Below, in pieces: positions 1 through 6,679 of a stretch of DNA of 40,243 bases (position 1 is its first letter; every line of letters begins with the position of its first letter). The position numbers and the translations under genes are program-made. The notes under the pieces are model-generated. The model was not told the DNA's origin, searched no databases, and saw nothing but the letters and a program-made list of their open reading frames with translations. Source of the stretch: Candidatus Yonathbacteria bacterium CG_4_8_14_3_um_filter_46_25 (GTDB lineage Bacteria; Patescibacteriota; Minisyncoccia; Phycocordibacterales; UBA1539); the NCBI GenBank assembly GCA_002788135.1, contig PFQT01000031.1:1-40243 (forward strand), in the 5' to 3' direction.

Positions 1-15
1 TATGGCATCGATAAT

Positions 16-90
16 GGCCCTATCGTCTAGCGGCTAGGACGCGACCCTCTCACGGTCGAAACCCGGGTTCGATTCCCGGTAGGGTCACCA
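16..90 (+). tRNA. tRNA-Glu, anticodon CUC, CCA end genomically encoded
   Basis: Manual cloverleaf, 75 nt. Acceptor GGCCCTA/TAGGGTC. D stem GTCT/GGAC with loop AGCGGCTA. Anticodon stem CGACC/GGTCG with loop CT-CTC-AC. 4-nt variable loop. T arm CCGGG-TTCGATT-CCCGG. Discriminator A plus CCA. Confidence 0.9.
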
Positions 91-98
91 ATACATAA

Positions 99-132
99 CC
101 AAACGGCTTTTTCAAAGCCGTTTGGTTTGTTG
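99..132 (+). terminator. Rho-independent terminator after tRNA-Glu
   Basis: Perfect inverted repeat CCAAACGGCTTT (99-110) / AAAGCCGTTTGG (114-125), followed by TTTGTTG. Confidence 0.7.
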
Positions 133-429
133 ATGATGTCTCTATTGTACCAAGTTAGAACCTATTTCCAAAACAAATGATGTCGCACGCGCGGAGCACG
201 TGGTGGCTCTAAATTAAATCGTACGCTCGTATCGTTCCGCCACTGCCTCGCGGACTCGGCGCTCTGCACTCGCCCCGTTCCGCCTTTCCATGCTTATTCT
301 TTTTCGCGGCGGGATTTTTTTTGAAATTGAATGGGCGGAAACGGGGCTCGGTCGGGCTAGTTCAAAATTCAGTTTAGCATAATATGCAAAGTTTAGGTAT
401 TGCAATCTAGCATATACGCTGTTAATATT

Positions 430-651
430 ATGCCAGACACAATACGAACAAGAGAATACGCGGATTTTGTCGGAAAACTGAGAAAAGCTCGGCTTGAAGC
501 AGGTTTACGGCAGGTAGATGTCGCTAAAAAACTAAAGCGCACACAATCGTATGTGTCCCGCGTTGAGGTTGGCGAACAGAGATTGGATATACTAGAATTA
601 AAGAAGTTCGCCGATCTATATAAAAAAGATATAAACTATTTTGTGAAATAA
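430..651 (+). CDS. XRE-family (Cro/CI-like) helix-turn-helix transcriptional regulator
   Basis: ORF track 400..651 starts at TTG; the ATG at 430 is preferred. HTH pattern LRKARLEAGLRQVDVAKKLKRTQSYVSRVEVGEQ. First gene of a tightly packed + strand cluster. Confidence 0.75.
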   Translation: MPDTIRTREYADFVGKLRKARLEAGLRQVDVAKKLKRTQSYVSRVEVGEQRLDILELKKFADLYKKDINYFVK

Positions 652-655
652 TGGT

Positions 656-1114
656 ATGGAAGAATCCATCAAAAACAATAATATCTTTACTCGCTTTAAA
701 GCGAGTTATGGCGTAGCAGGGGTGTTTCTCTTTGCAATAATTGTCATCGCTTCGTACATAAAAATTGATAACTTCTTAGGTCTTCTGAACATGTACTCTA
801 TATTAACACCGGATGAATTTCAGGCCCTTCTTTTTTCTGTATTTAGTTTTGAAACGATTGCGAGTCTAGCTCTATCTATTCTAGGTATAATCACAATATA
901 TTTTTTCATAAAATTAAAAGATAATGCTCTTGTTTATGCCTTTGCTTTCCTCATATTACAACCTGTGTTAGACGGGGTTACTGAAATTGGTTATTCCGGA
1001 AACATAGGATCCGGCATAGGCCCACTGATTGGTGGCGGAATAGCTTTTTGGATTTTTTGGCACTTTTTGGGCAATAAAACATCCAATTATTTAAAGTTGA
1101 ATTATGGAAAATAA
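656..1114 (+). CDS. hypothetical integral membrane protein (about 4 TM segments)
   Basis: 152-aa ORF starting 4 nt after the XRE stop. Several long hydrophobic stretches (GVFLFAIIVIASYI, ALSILGIITIYFFI, GGGIAFWIFWHFL). No family recognised. Confidence 0.5.
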   Translation: MEESIKNNNIFTRFKASYGVAGVFLFAIIVIASYIKIDNFLGLLNMYSILTPDEFQALLFSVFSFETIASLALSILGIITIYFFIKLKDNALVYAFAFLILQPVLDGVTEIGYSGNIGSGIGPLIGGGIAFWIFWHFLGNKTSNYLKLNYGK

Positions 1115-1520
1115 GAAACTTAAAAATTTTAAGTTCTGGTATAAACTCACTCTTGTTTTAGGGGTACTAGGTTTAATTGATGTTTTGACACAATCTCTAG
1201 TAGAACAAAATTTTAATCTTCAAGTAGGAGGTTTGACCTTTATTGTTGTGATGATTTTCAAGTTTCTTTTTGGAACAAAAGTAGCTTCCACCTTTCTCTC
1301 CTATATCATTTATTTATCTTACAGTTGGTTTGTATGGCTTGGAGTTTCCGCCATCTTACGCAGAAAAATTATAAAACTTGAAAAGGATGCGGGAGTTATT
1401 GATGAGGAAAAGACTCTTAAGCCAGTCAGTAAAGGTTTTAAACGAACACTTCTGATTTTACTTGTTCCCTTTGGAATCTTATTACTCATTGGAATCATAA
1501 TTAATCTTGTAAGTAACTAA
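1104..1520 (+). CDS. hypothetical integral membrane protein
   Basis: 138-aa ORF overlapping the previous gene by 11 nt. Hydrophobic segments LTLVLGVLGLIDVL, LTFIVVMIFKFLF, SWFVWLGVSAIL, LLILLVPFGILLLIGIIINLV. No family recognised. Confidence 0.5.
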   Translation: MENKKLKNFKFWYKLTLVLGVLGLIDVLTQSLVEQNFNLQVGGLTFIVVMIFKFLFGTKVASTFLSYIIYLSYSWFVWLGVSAILRRKIIKLEKDAGVIDEEKTLKPVSKGFKRTLLILLVPFGILLLIGIIINLVSN

Positions 1521-1522
1521 CT

Positions 1523-2182
1523 ATGAACAAGAAGAGTAAATGGCTGATTGGTGCGGGTATTCTTGTTTTGACTCTAATTGCTTGGGGAGGATATAAAAAT
1601 CCGGACAGAAAGTTAGACTCTGCATTTAATTCTTATCAAAGCATTGCTAAAAGTGAAGCTTTTAGAAAAGAAGAATTAAAAACACTATCAAGTCAATATT
1701 CAAATTGCTTTGTTCCAGAAGATGCAGACATCGCAACTTTTTGTATTGATGGATTGCCTAAGATTAAGGCCCTAGTTAGTAAAGAACCGCAACTCCTACT
1801 AAGCCTTGAATCTTTATACGATAAGAGAAAGAATGATCTTGATAATGAAAATAGAGTGTTTTTAGAAAATAATATTAAATTACTTTCTTCTAAGGAATAT
1901 CAAGACGTGTATAAAGGCACGATCGATGTTTTAGACGCGTATATAGATTTTTATGTGTATCTGGACGGCGAGTATGATACTACCGGATTGGATGAGTCTA
2001 TGTCTCAAGATGAAAAAATAAAAATACTTAGTCGTGTCATCGCTAACCGTAATTTCAAAGGTGATTTAGTTGTGAAAAACCTGACTGACTTATCTGATAA
2101 CCTTGATTTAAAAAAGGAAATGCTGAGACGTTACATTGAAGCAAATTATACCACAGAATTTGCAGAAGCGATGGGCATATAA
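1523..2182 (+). CDS. hypothetical membrane-anchored or secreted, helix-rich protein
   Basis: 219-aa ORF starting 2 nt after the previous stop. N-terminal signal/anchor KWLIGAGILVLTLIAWGG. The rest is charged and helical. No family recognised. Confidence 0.5.
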   Translation: MNKKSKWLIGAGILVLTLIAWGGYKNPDRKLDSAFNSYQSIAKSEAFRKEELKTLSSQYSNCFVPEDADIATFCIDGLPKIKALVSKEPQLLLSLESLYDKRKNDLDNENRVFLENNIKLLSSKEYQDVYKGTIDVLDAYIDFYVYLDGEYDTTGLDESMSQDEKIKILSRVIANRNFKGDLVVKNLTDLSDNLDLKKEMLRRYIEANYTTEFAEAMGI

Positions 2183-2223
2183 CTAGTTATACACAAAAAA
2201 ATAGACGGCTGAGAGTTGATTTG

Positions 2224-2232
2224 TGGTAAAAT
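2224..2232 (+). promoter_or_regulatory. possible extended -10 promoter element (TGgTAAAAT) for the sce7726-like gene
   Basis: TGGTAAAAT lies 32 nt upstream of the ATG at 2264, inside the 81-nt gap after the preceding gene. Confidence 0.3.
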
Positions 2233-2263
2233 TTCAATATCAGTTGTTCTTGTCTTTTACATC

Positions 2264-2917
2264 ATGGAAACACGAAATTTAAATAAAAAAATAGTTTCCA
2301 CAAACGACCACATCATACGAGCAGAATTACGGCAACTTATCGAAAAAGAATTGGATAAGTATAGAACGCAAACTGGGAAACAGGCAGACATTTTTGAGGA
2401 ACTAGGAGTGAGTCATGGGAGGGCACGGATTGATATAGCCGTGATAAACGGAGTTATGCACGGTTATGAAATCAAGAGCGATAAAGATACCCTCTCACGC
2501 TTGTTTGATCAGATACATGAGTACAATGAAGTTTTTGACAAAATAACGCTCGTTGTGGGTCAGCGTCATTTACTTGATGCCATTCACCAGATTCCGGAAT
2601 GGTGGGGCATCACTCTTGCGAAGATAGATTCAGATGAGCGCGTCGTTTTCTTTACTATTCGTGAAGCAAGGCAGAATGAGGATAACCGAGTGCTTATATC
2701 CATGGCTAGAATGTTGTGGCGTGCACAGGCCCTAAGAATCTTGGAAGAGAAAGGCGCCGCTGATGGGGTGCGATCAAAATCACGCCATGTGATCCATGAG
2801 AAAATCGCAAACATCTTTAAGAATGACCCTAATGCTCTTAGGGAGCACGTTATGACTGCTTTATTTTCTCGTGGAAATCAGCGAGTTGTCTCGCCACTAG
2901 TGTCAAATGGTGGTTAA
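2264..2917 (+). CDS. sce7726-family protein, PD-(D/E)xK nuclease-like
   Basis: ORF track 2216..2917 starts at TTG; the ATG at 2264 (METRNLN) is preferred. Core GRARIDIAVINGVMHGYEIKSDKDTLSRLFDQIHEYNEVFDKITLVV carries a D...E-x-K restriction-endonuclease-like signature. This matches my memory of the sce7726 family, which is normally encoded next to sce7725 family genes. An HMM search is needed to confirm. Confidence 0.65.
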   Translation: METRNLNKKIVSTNDHIIRAELRQLIEKELDKYRTQTGKQADIFEELGVSHGRARIDIAVINGVMHGYEIKSDKDTLSRLFDQIHEYNEVFDKITLVVGQRHLLDAIHQIPEWWGITLAKIDSDERVVFFTIREARQNEDNRVLISMARMLWRAQALRILEEKGAADGVRSKSRHVIHEKIANIFKNDPNALREHVMTALFSRGNQRVVSPLVSNGG

Positions 2918-3995
2918 TACCGATGTTCAACCACATTTGCGGGTTTCCAGTTTTTTCATCCTGTGAGGCGATTCGATTAATCTCCGAGTCCCCGTAGCTG
3001 TAACCAGCTTGTTTATAATATGGTTGTTTGACGAGCTCTTTCGCGTGCGCAATGTACTGATCGTAGCCGGATATTCTTTTGCCGCCATTCTTTTTGTCCA
3101 GATAGTTCAAAGCGCGACCACGAAAAACTTGCCACTGTTCTTCATCTGTGTATCGAATACTTGCGCTTACGCTCGCACCAGGAATATATCCATAAAAAAT
3201 TGGGTGCTGTATCGTGTAGTCAGAGAAAAGCGGCTTGCGGGTGAGCTTGTCGCTTTGAAAAACTCCTTGCCACAACTTCCAATCAGTTCTCGGTAGAGCA
3301 TGTACGTTGAATACCTCAAGCTCGCTTAAATCTCTAGGGAATGATCCCCCCGTAAGAATAAAGGAGCGACAAACTTTAATTTGCGGAAGACGAGAAATTT
3401 TCTCAACAACGGATGCTGCCGTTACGGTTTCGGCAACCGTCTGAAGGTCGACCACTATATCGACATTTTTTATATCAAGCCCGCTATCGTTCACGAATGC
3501 ATCGATGTGAGTCGTCAAGTTTTCGTCTTTGAAATGTGAGTTATCAATCCGGATGCACATTCCTCTGCCATCGATTTTCGCGTATTTGACCGCAACTTTG
3601 CGTGTTGCCATATCAGCATCAGTTCCGACCACTGGAATAATATGCACTACTGGAATCGAAAAAAGATCGACCTCAGTCGCAGCAGACAGGATGTTTTCGA
3701 AGGAAGATGCTCGTATATCCCCGTCGAGTAAATGTACATCAAGGAATACTGTGCTTCTTCCACAATATTTGAGAAGACGTTTCCCTACGTCTGGTAACTG
3801 TCTTAAAAACTTGCTTTTCTCGTCCTCCACGATCTTTCGTCGATCGTCTTTGTCTGTCTTTGGCGGTGGCATGATAAATTCAATGAACGGCGTCAGGAGT
3901 TCGCGACCTTCGGGGGAGAGACGTTCGAAAGCGAGCATTTCTGCTGGCCTCCAACGCAGTATGGGGACATATGGTTTTATTGGTGTCATTTTCAT
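2850..3995 (-). CDS. Beta-protein family / sce7725-like protein
   Basis: 381-aa ORF. The N-terminus KPYVPILRWRPAEMLAFERLSPEGRELLTPFIEFI matches the characteristic start of Beta_protein-family sequences (Y-x-P-i-L-k-x-k-x-x-E...PliE), from memory. Last gene of a 4-gene - strand operon. Adjacent to the sce7726-like gene. Confidence 0.65.
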   Translation of the reverse strand: MKMTPIKPYVPILRWRPAEMLAFERLSPEGRELLTPFIEFIMPPPKTDKDDRRKIVEDEKSKFLRQLPDVGKRLLKYCGRSTVFLDVHLLDGDIRASSFENILSAATEVDLFSIPVVHIIPVVGTDADMATRKVAVKYAKIDGRGMCIRIDNSHFKDENLTTHIDAFVNDSGLDIKNVDIVVDLQTVAETVTAASVVEKISRLPQIKVCRSFILTGGSFPRDLSELEVFNVHALPRTDWKLWQGVFQSDKLTRKPLFSDYTIQHPIFYGYIPGASVSASIRYTDEEQWQVFRGRALNYLDKKNGGKRISGYDQYIAHAKELVKQPYYKQAGYSYGDSEINRIASQDEKTGNPQMWLNIGINHHLTLVARQLADFHEKIKQS

Positions 3996-3998
3996 GTT

Positions 3999-4514
3999 TT
4001 AGTTTTCAATCACTGAACATCCGTCTACATAATAAAAGCCCCTGAACTCAATAAAACGGAACGTGCCCGAGAAGCTTATTTGATCTCCGAGTCGATATAG
4101 TCGCAGTTTCTTTTTCCATTCCGGTTCAAAATTGCACTGGACTGTCCTATTGCTAATAGTGATACCCAAACGAGGCCCTTCAGTTTCTGATGTCTTCCAT
4201 TCGTTTGAATACTTGCCAGAACCAACTACCGGAGTGTCTTTATAAAGGTCGAGTAAGTCCTCTGCTTCTTTAGAAGTTTTTGATGTTTGTACCCGATCTA
4301 TAATATTTGCAATATTGATTGTGCTTGTCGCCGTACTAATTACGCTTACTGCAGCAGTATTTTCTGTTTTAACAAAATCGCCAAAAGGGGTGCTCAGCTT
4401 TGGGATAAAATCAAAAAATCCAAATAACCATCCGAGCACTCCAACAACGACTATACCGAGAGCTAAGTACGCCTGTATGTTTTTGTTGATTTTTATTTCG
4501 CCAAGGATACTCAT
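3999..4514 (-). CDS. hypothetical N-terminally membrane-anchored protein with a small beta-rich C-terminal domain
   Basis: 171-aa ORF. Its start overlaps the upstream stop as ATGA (4511-4514). TM segment AYLALGIVVVGVLGWLFGFF. The C-terminal pattern VQCNF...LGDQISFSG...YVDGCSV resembles small OB-fold (tRNA_anti-like) domains, with low certainty. Confidence 0.55.
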   Translation of the reverse strand: MSILGEIKINKNIQAYLALGIVVVGVLGWLFGFFDFIPKLSTPFGDFVKTENTAAVSVISTATSTINIANIIDRVQTSKTSKEAEDLLDLYKDTPVVGSGKYSNEWKTSETEGPRLGITISNRTVQCNFEPEWKKKLRLYRLGDQISFSGTFRFIEFRGFYYVDGCSVIEN

Positions 4515-5758
4515 ACTTTTGTTTTCATCTTAAACGCATCAGGAAATAGCTGTCGCACTTTTGCAGACTCGTCGTTGACAATTTTGTTCAAATAGAAGAA
4601 GTTTTGGTGTTTGAATCGCACAACGCCAGCAATCACAGCGATGTTAATACCGAGCTCGTTGGCAAGACTTTGTGTTGCCATAGGAGAAGGTGTAATTTTT
4701 GCGTTGCTGATTTCCCATTTACTGTCCGGCAAAACAGCTTCTTCTGCCCATCCGTCGGCTTCATGTTCTCTTTTGCGCTCATCTTCGGTCATTTGACTTC
4801 CGTCTTTCTCTAATAGCTTTTCGTCGTAAAAGATGCTGATGTCTTGGCCGTAATGTCGCGCCACATGAGCCACTTCATGCATAAGTGTGAACCAGAAACT
4901 ATCAAGGCGGTCATACCGAAGCGTAATACCAATTATCGGATTATCTTTATCCTCTAGAATTGCTGCGCCATCGAGGAAAGTTTTTGGAAGATGTCGTTCT
5001 ATCACCACTTTGATTCCTATTTTTCTTAGCTCTTCGCATACTACGATCGGCCCATCACTTTCTGTGCTTAATTTGACAAGATTGCGCATGAATTCAATAT
5101 CAATAACCCCGTGTTTGTATTTCACAGGCATTTTTATTTTCTCTGCTTTTTGGAGTACACGAATTTTCCAAGCGTCTAATGCCCCGGTATCTGTTCGGGG
5201 GGCAGAACGATGACTGATACCGCTACGGAGAAGCGCCACAGGTTGTAAATTTCCACTAAAAGAACCAAAAAAATCTTTCAGTAATTCACCTTTGCTAAAT
5301 TTTTTTAATGTCTTATTGCCAAAGTATCCATAACTCTCCATCGCTTTGACTATTCGTACGTCCCAGCGTTCGTAGCGCGATTCCTCCGATTGGTCAGGTT
5401 TCTGTACGAGAACTTTTTCCGGTATTCCAAGGCCGGTGGCAAGAGCGCGAACCATATCAAGCGTAAGTTGTCGTTTGCCAGAAAGTATTTCGGAAACGCG
5501 ACTACGACTGCCAATGTATGGCACAAGGTCAACAGGTTTAAAGCCGCTTTGTTCCATGCGGAATTTGATTGCTTCGACAGGACTAGGAAGAGCACTCGGA
5601 AATTGTTTTGTCTCGTAGTCCTCGATGAGGACGCTAAGAAGTTCGAGTTGTGCGCCATCGTCAGTGTCAGGATTGGGACTGCGGCTCATAAGCTCCTCAA
5701 CGAGTTTGAGAGCTTCTTCGTAGTCTTTTTGATTTTTTATGACTTTTATCTGGGTCAT
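4511..5758 (-). CDS. HigA-like HTH antitoxin fused to an ImmA/IrrE (COG2856) zinc metallopeptidase domain
   Basis: N-terminal 120 aa align with E. coli HigA (IGSRSRVSEILSGKRQLTLDMVRALATGLGIPEKVL versus IGSKSMVSRVLSGKRKLTLEHAKKLATRFGI). The C-terminal part has FWFTLMHEVAHVARH (HExxH) and a downstream EADGWAEEAVLP, typical of ImmA/IrrE peptidases. Starts 4 nt after the higB stop. Confidence 0.8.
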   Translation of the reverse strand: MTQIKVIKNQKDYEEALKLVEELMSRSPNPDTDDGAQLELLSVLIEDYETKQFPSALPSPVEAIKFRMEQSGFKPVDLVPYIGSRSRVSEILSGKRQLTLDMVRALATGLGIPEKVLVQKPDQSEESRYERWDVRIVKAMESYGYFGNKTLKKFSKGELLKDFFGSFSGNLQPVALLRSGISHRSAPRTDTGALDAWKIRVLQKAEKIKMPVKYKHGVIDIEFMRNLVKLSTESDGPIVVCEELRKIGIKVVIERHLPKTFLDGAAILEDKDNPIIGITLRYDRLDSFWFTLMHEVAHVARHYGQDISIFYDEKLLEKDGSQMTEDERKREHEADGWAEEAVLPDSKWEISNAKITPSPMATQSLANELGINIAVIAGVVRFKHQNFFYLNKIVNDESAKVRQLFPDAFKMKTKV

Positions 5759-5762
5759 GGTT

Positions 5763-6050
5763 TTATACGATTTTCCACTTGCTGTACTCCTTGTGCGTTC
5801 CGATCTTCCTTACTAACACTATCCTTTGCTTATACTCGACCTGTACCCACAACCGGTACCTATTGCCGCATATATTAAAAATTGCTTGCTGGTTGCCTGG
5901 TGTGTCTGCGCTGGGGAACATGCTCTTGAGCTCGTGAGGCGTTTTCCATTCCATGCTCTCGACTTCTGCCTCCCACGATTCGATATGCGATCGGGCATCA
6001 GCGTGTTTCTCTTTGAAGTCGTGCAATTGTTGTTTGCCCAATAATTTCAT
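5763..6050 (-). CDS. higB: type II toxin HigB family (RelE-fold mRNA interferase)
   Basis: 95 aa. MFPSADTPGNQQAIFNICGNRYRLWVQVEYKQRIVLVRKIGTHKEYSKW aligns with E. coli HigB (FPSLD...VFNVGGNELRV...THKEYD). Confidence 0.8.
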   Translation of the reverse strand: MKLLGKQQLHDFKEKHADARSHIESWEAEVESMEWKTPHELKSMFPSADTPGNQQAIFNICGNRYRLWVQVEYKQRIVLVRKIGTHKEYSKWKIV

Positions 6051-6099
6051 CGTGTAAGCAGTTTGTCATAATAATTTGTTCCCATCAAATATATCCTAT

Positions 6100-6122
6100 A
6101 TTGACTACGATTTAAAGTCAAT
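6100..6122. promoter_or_regulatory. inverted repeat ATTGACT-N9-AGTCAAT upstream of higB; candidate operator and -35 elements
   Basis: Perfect 7-bp arms at 6100-6106 and 6116-6122, 50-72 nt upstream of the higB start. Each arm reads TTGACT in one direction. Confidence 0.35.
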
Positions 6123-6228
6123 GCCCTCAAAACGCTTGCAGGACACTTTACACGATACGTCAATAGTTCGGGGTGAAGGGTTGCGGGTATATTCGAAGAT
6201 GTTTCGAGTGAGATTAAAAACTAGGGAG

Positions 6229-6352
6229 CCCCGCCCGCGATCCCTTCTGTCTTTCGCGGGTGGGATGTGCGCGCACAGGGTGGGAGGGGCAAGCACAGAG
6301 GTATTTGCGCCTCGGACATTTCCGCCAGGGCGTCCACGCCCTTGATTTTATT
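6229..6352 (+). other. GC-rich, structure-prone non-coding patch (candidate small RNA, insulator or terminator)
   Basis: 11-bp GC hairpin: 6230-6240 CCCGCCCGCGA pairs with 6254-6264 TCGCGGGTGGG (one G-U). 12-nt palindrome TGTGCGCGCACA at 6266-6277. Terminator-like GGGCG-TCCA-CGCCC at 6328-6341 followed by TTGATTTTATT. Sits in an otherwise AT-rich divergent intergenic region. Confidence 0.3.
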
Positions 6353-6369
6353 ATACATATCCCTATTTT
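6344..6369 (+). repeat. 26-bp exact direct repeat, copy 1 (GATTTTATTATACATATCCCTATTTT)
   Basis: Identical to 11041-11066. Coordinates verified against ORF-track frames. Confidence 0.9.
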
Positions 6370-6466
6370 TCATTTTAAATGAATTTGAACTTCTAAAATA
6401 TTACAAAACTATATGTAAAGTCAGATTGACATTTTGGTTTGATTATGTAAACTTGTGTTACAAATC

Positions 6467-6679
6467 ATGCAAGAATATATTGTAAATGAAGTGAATACAT
6501 TACGGACTCAAAAGAATATCACGCAGGAAGAGCTTGCGGAAAGACTGAAGGTGAGCCGCCAGACAATCATTGCGATTGAAAAAGGAAACTATACACCATC
6601 TGTATTGCTTGCCCTTAAAATCGCCGGCTACTTTAAATTACCGGTTGAACATATTTTTAAAATTTCCTATGAAAAATAA
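6467..6679 (+). CDS. XRE-family helix-turn-helix transcriptional regulator
   Basis: ORF track 6455..6679; the ATG at 6467 is preferred. ITQEELAERLKVSRQTIIAIEKGNYTPSVLLALKIA is a classical HTH_3 pattern. A TTGACA (6426-6431) / TAAACT (6448-6453) promoter-like pair lies upstream. Confidence 0.8.
   Translation: MQEYIVNEVNTLRTQKNITQEELAERLKVSRQTIIAIEKGNYTPSVLLALKIAGYFKLPVEHIFKISYEK

Noticed and set aside
60-90. A duplicated tRNA-Glu 3' end as a classical att site at the island's far boundary (searched around 6050-6450 and 10925-11190).
   Set aside because: I could not find any copy of the GGTTCGATTCCCGGTAGGGTCACCA segment or a substantial part of it by eye. Integration at the tRNA therefore remains unsupported by an att duplication.
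214-405. 63-aa - strand ORF in GC-rich patch A. Also the 89-aa and 63-aa ORFs (6076..6345 +, 6105..6296 -) in patch B.
   Set aside because: Arg/Pro/Gly-rich translation of hairpin-dense GC-rich DNA, with non-ATG or context-free starts and no family resemblance. I treat these as non-coding structured sequence.
2216-2263. The longer TTG-initiated form of the sce7726-like ORF (MICGKISISVVLVFYI...).
   Set aside because: The extension is hydrophobic filler that overlaps the putative extended -10 element. The ATG at 2264 gives an N-terminus consistent with a soluble nuclease-like protein.
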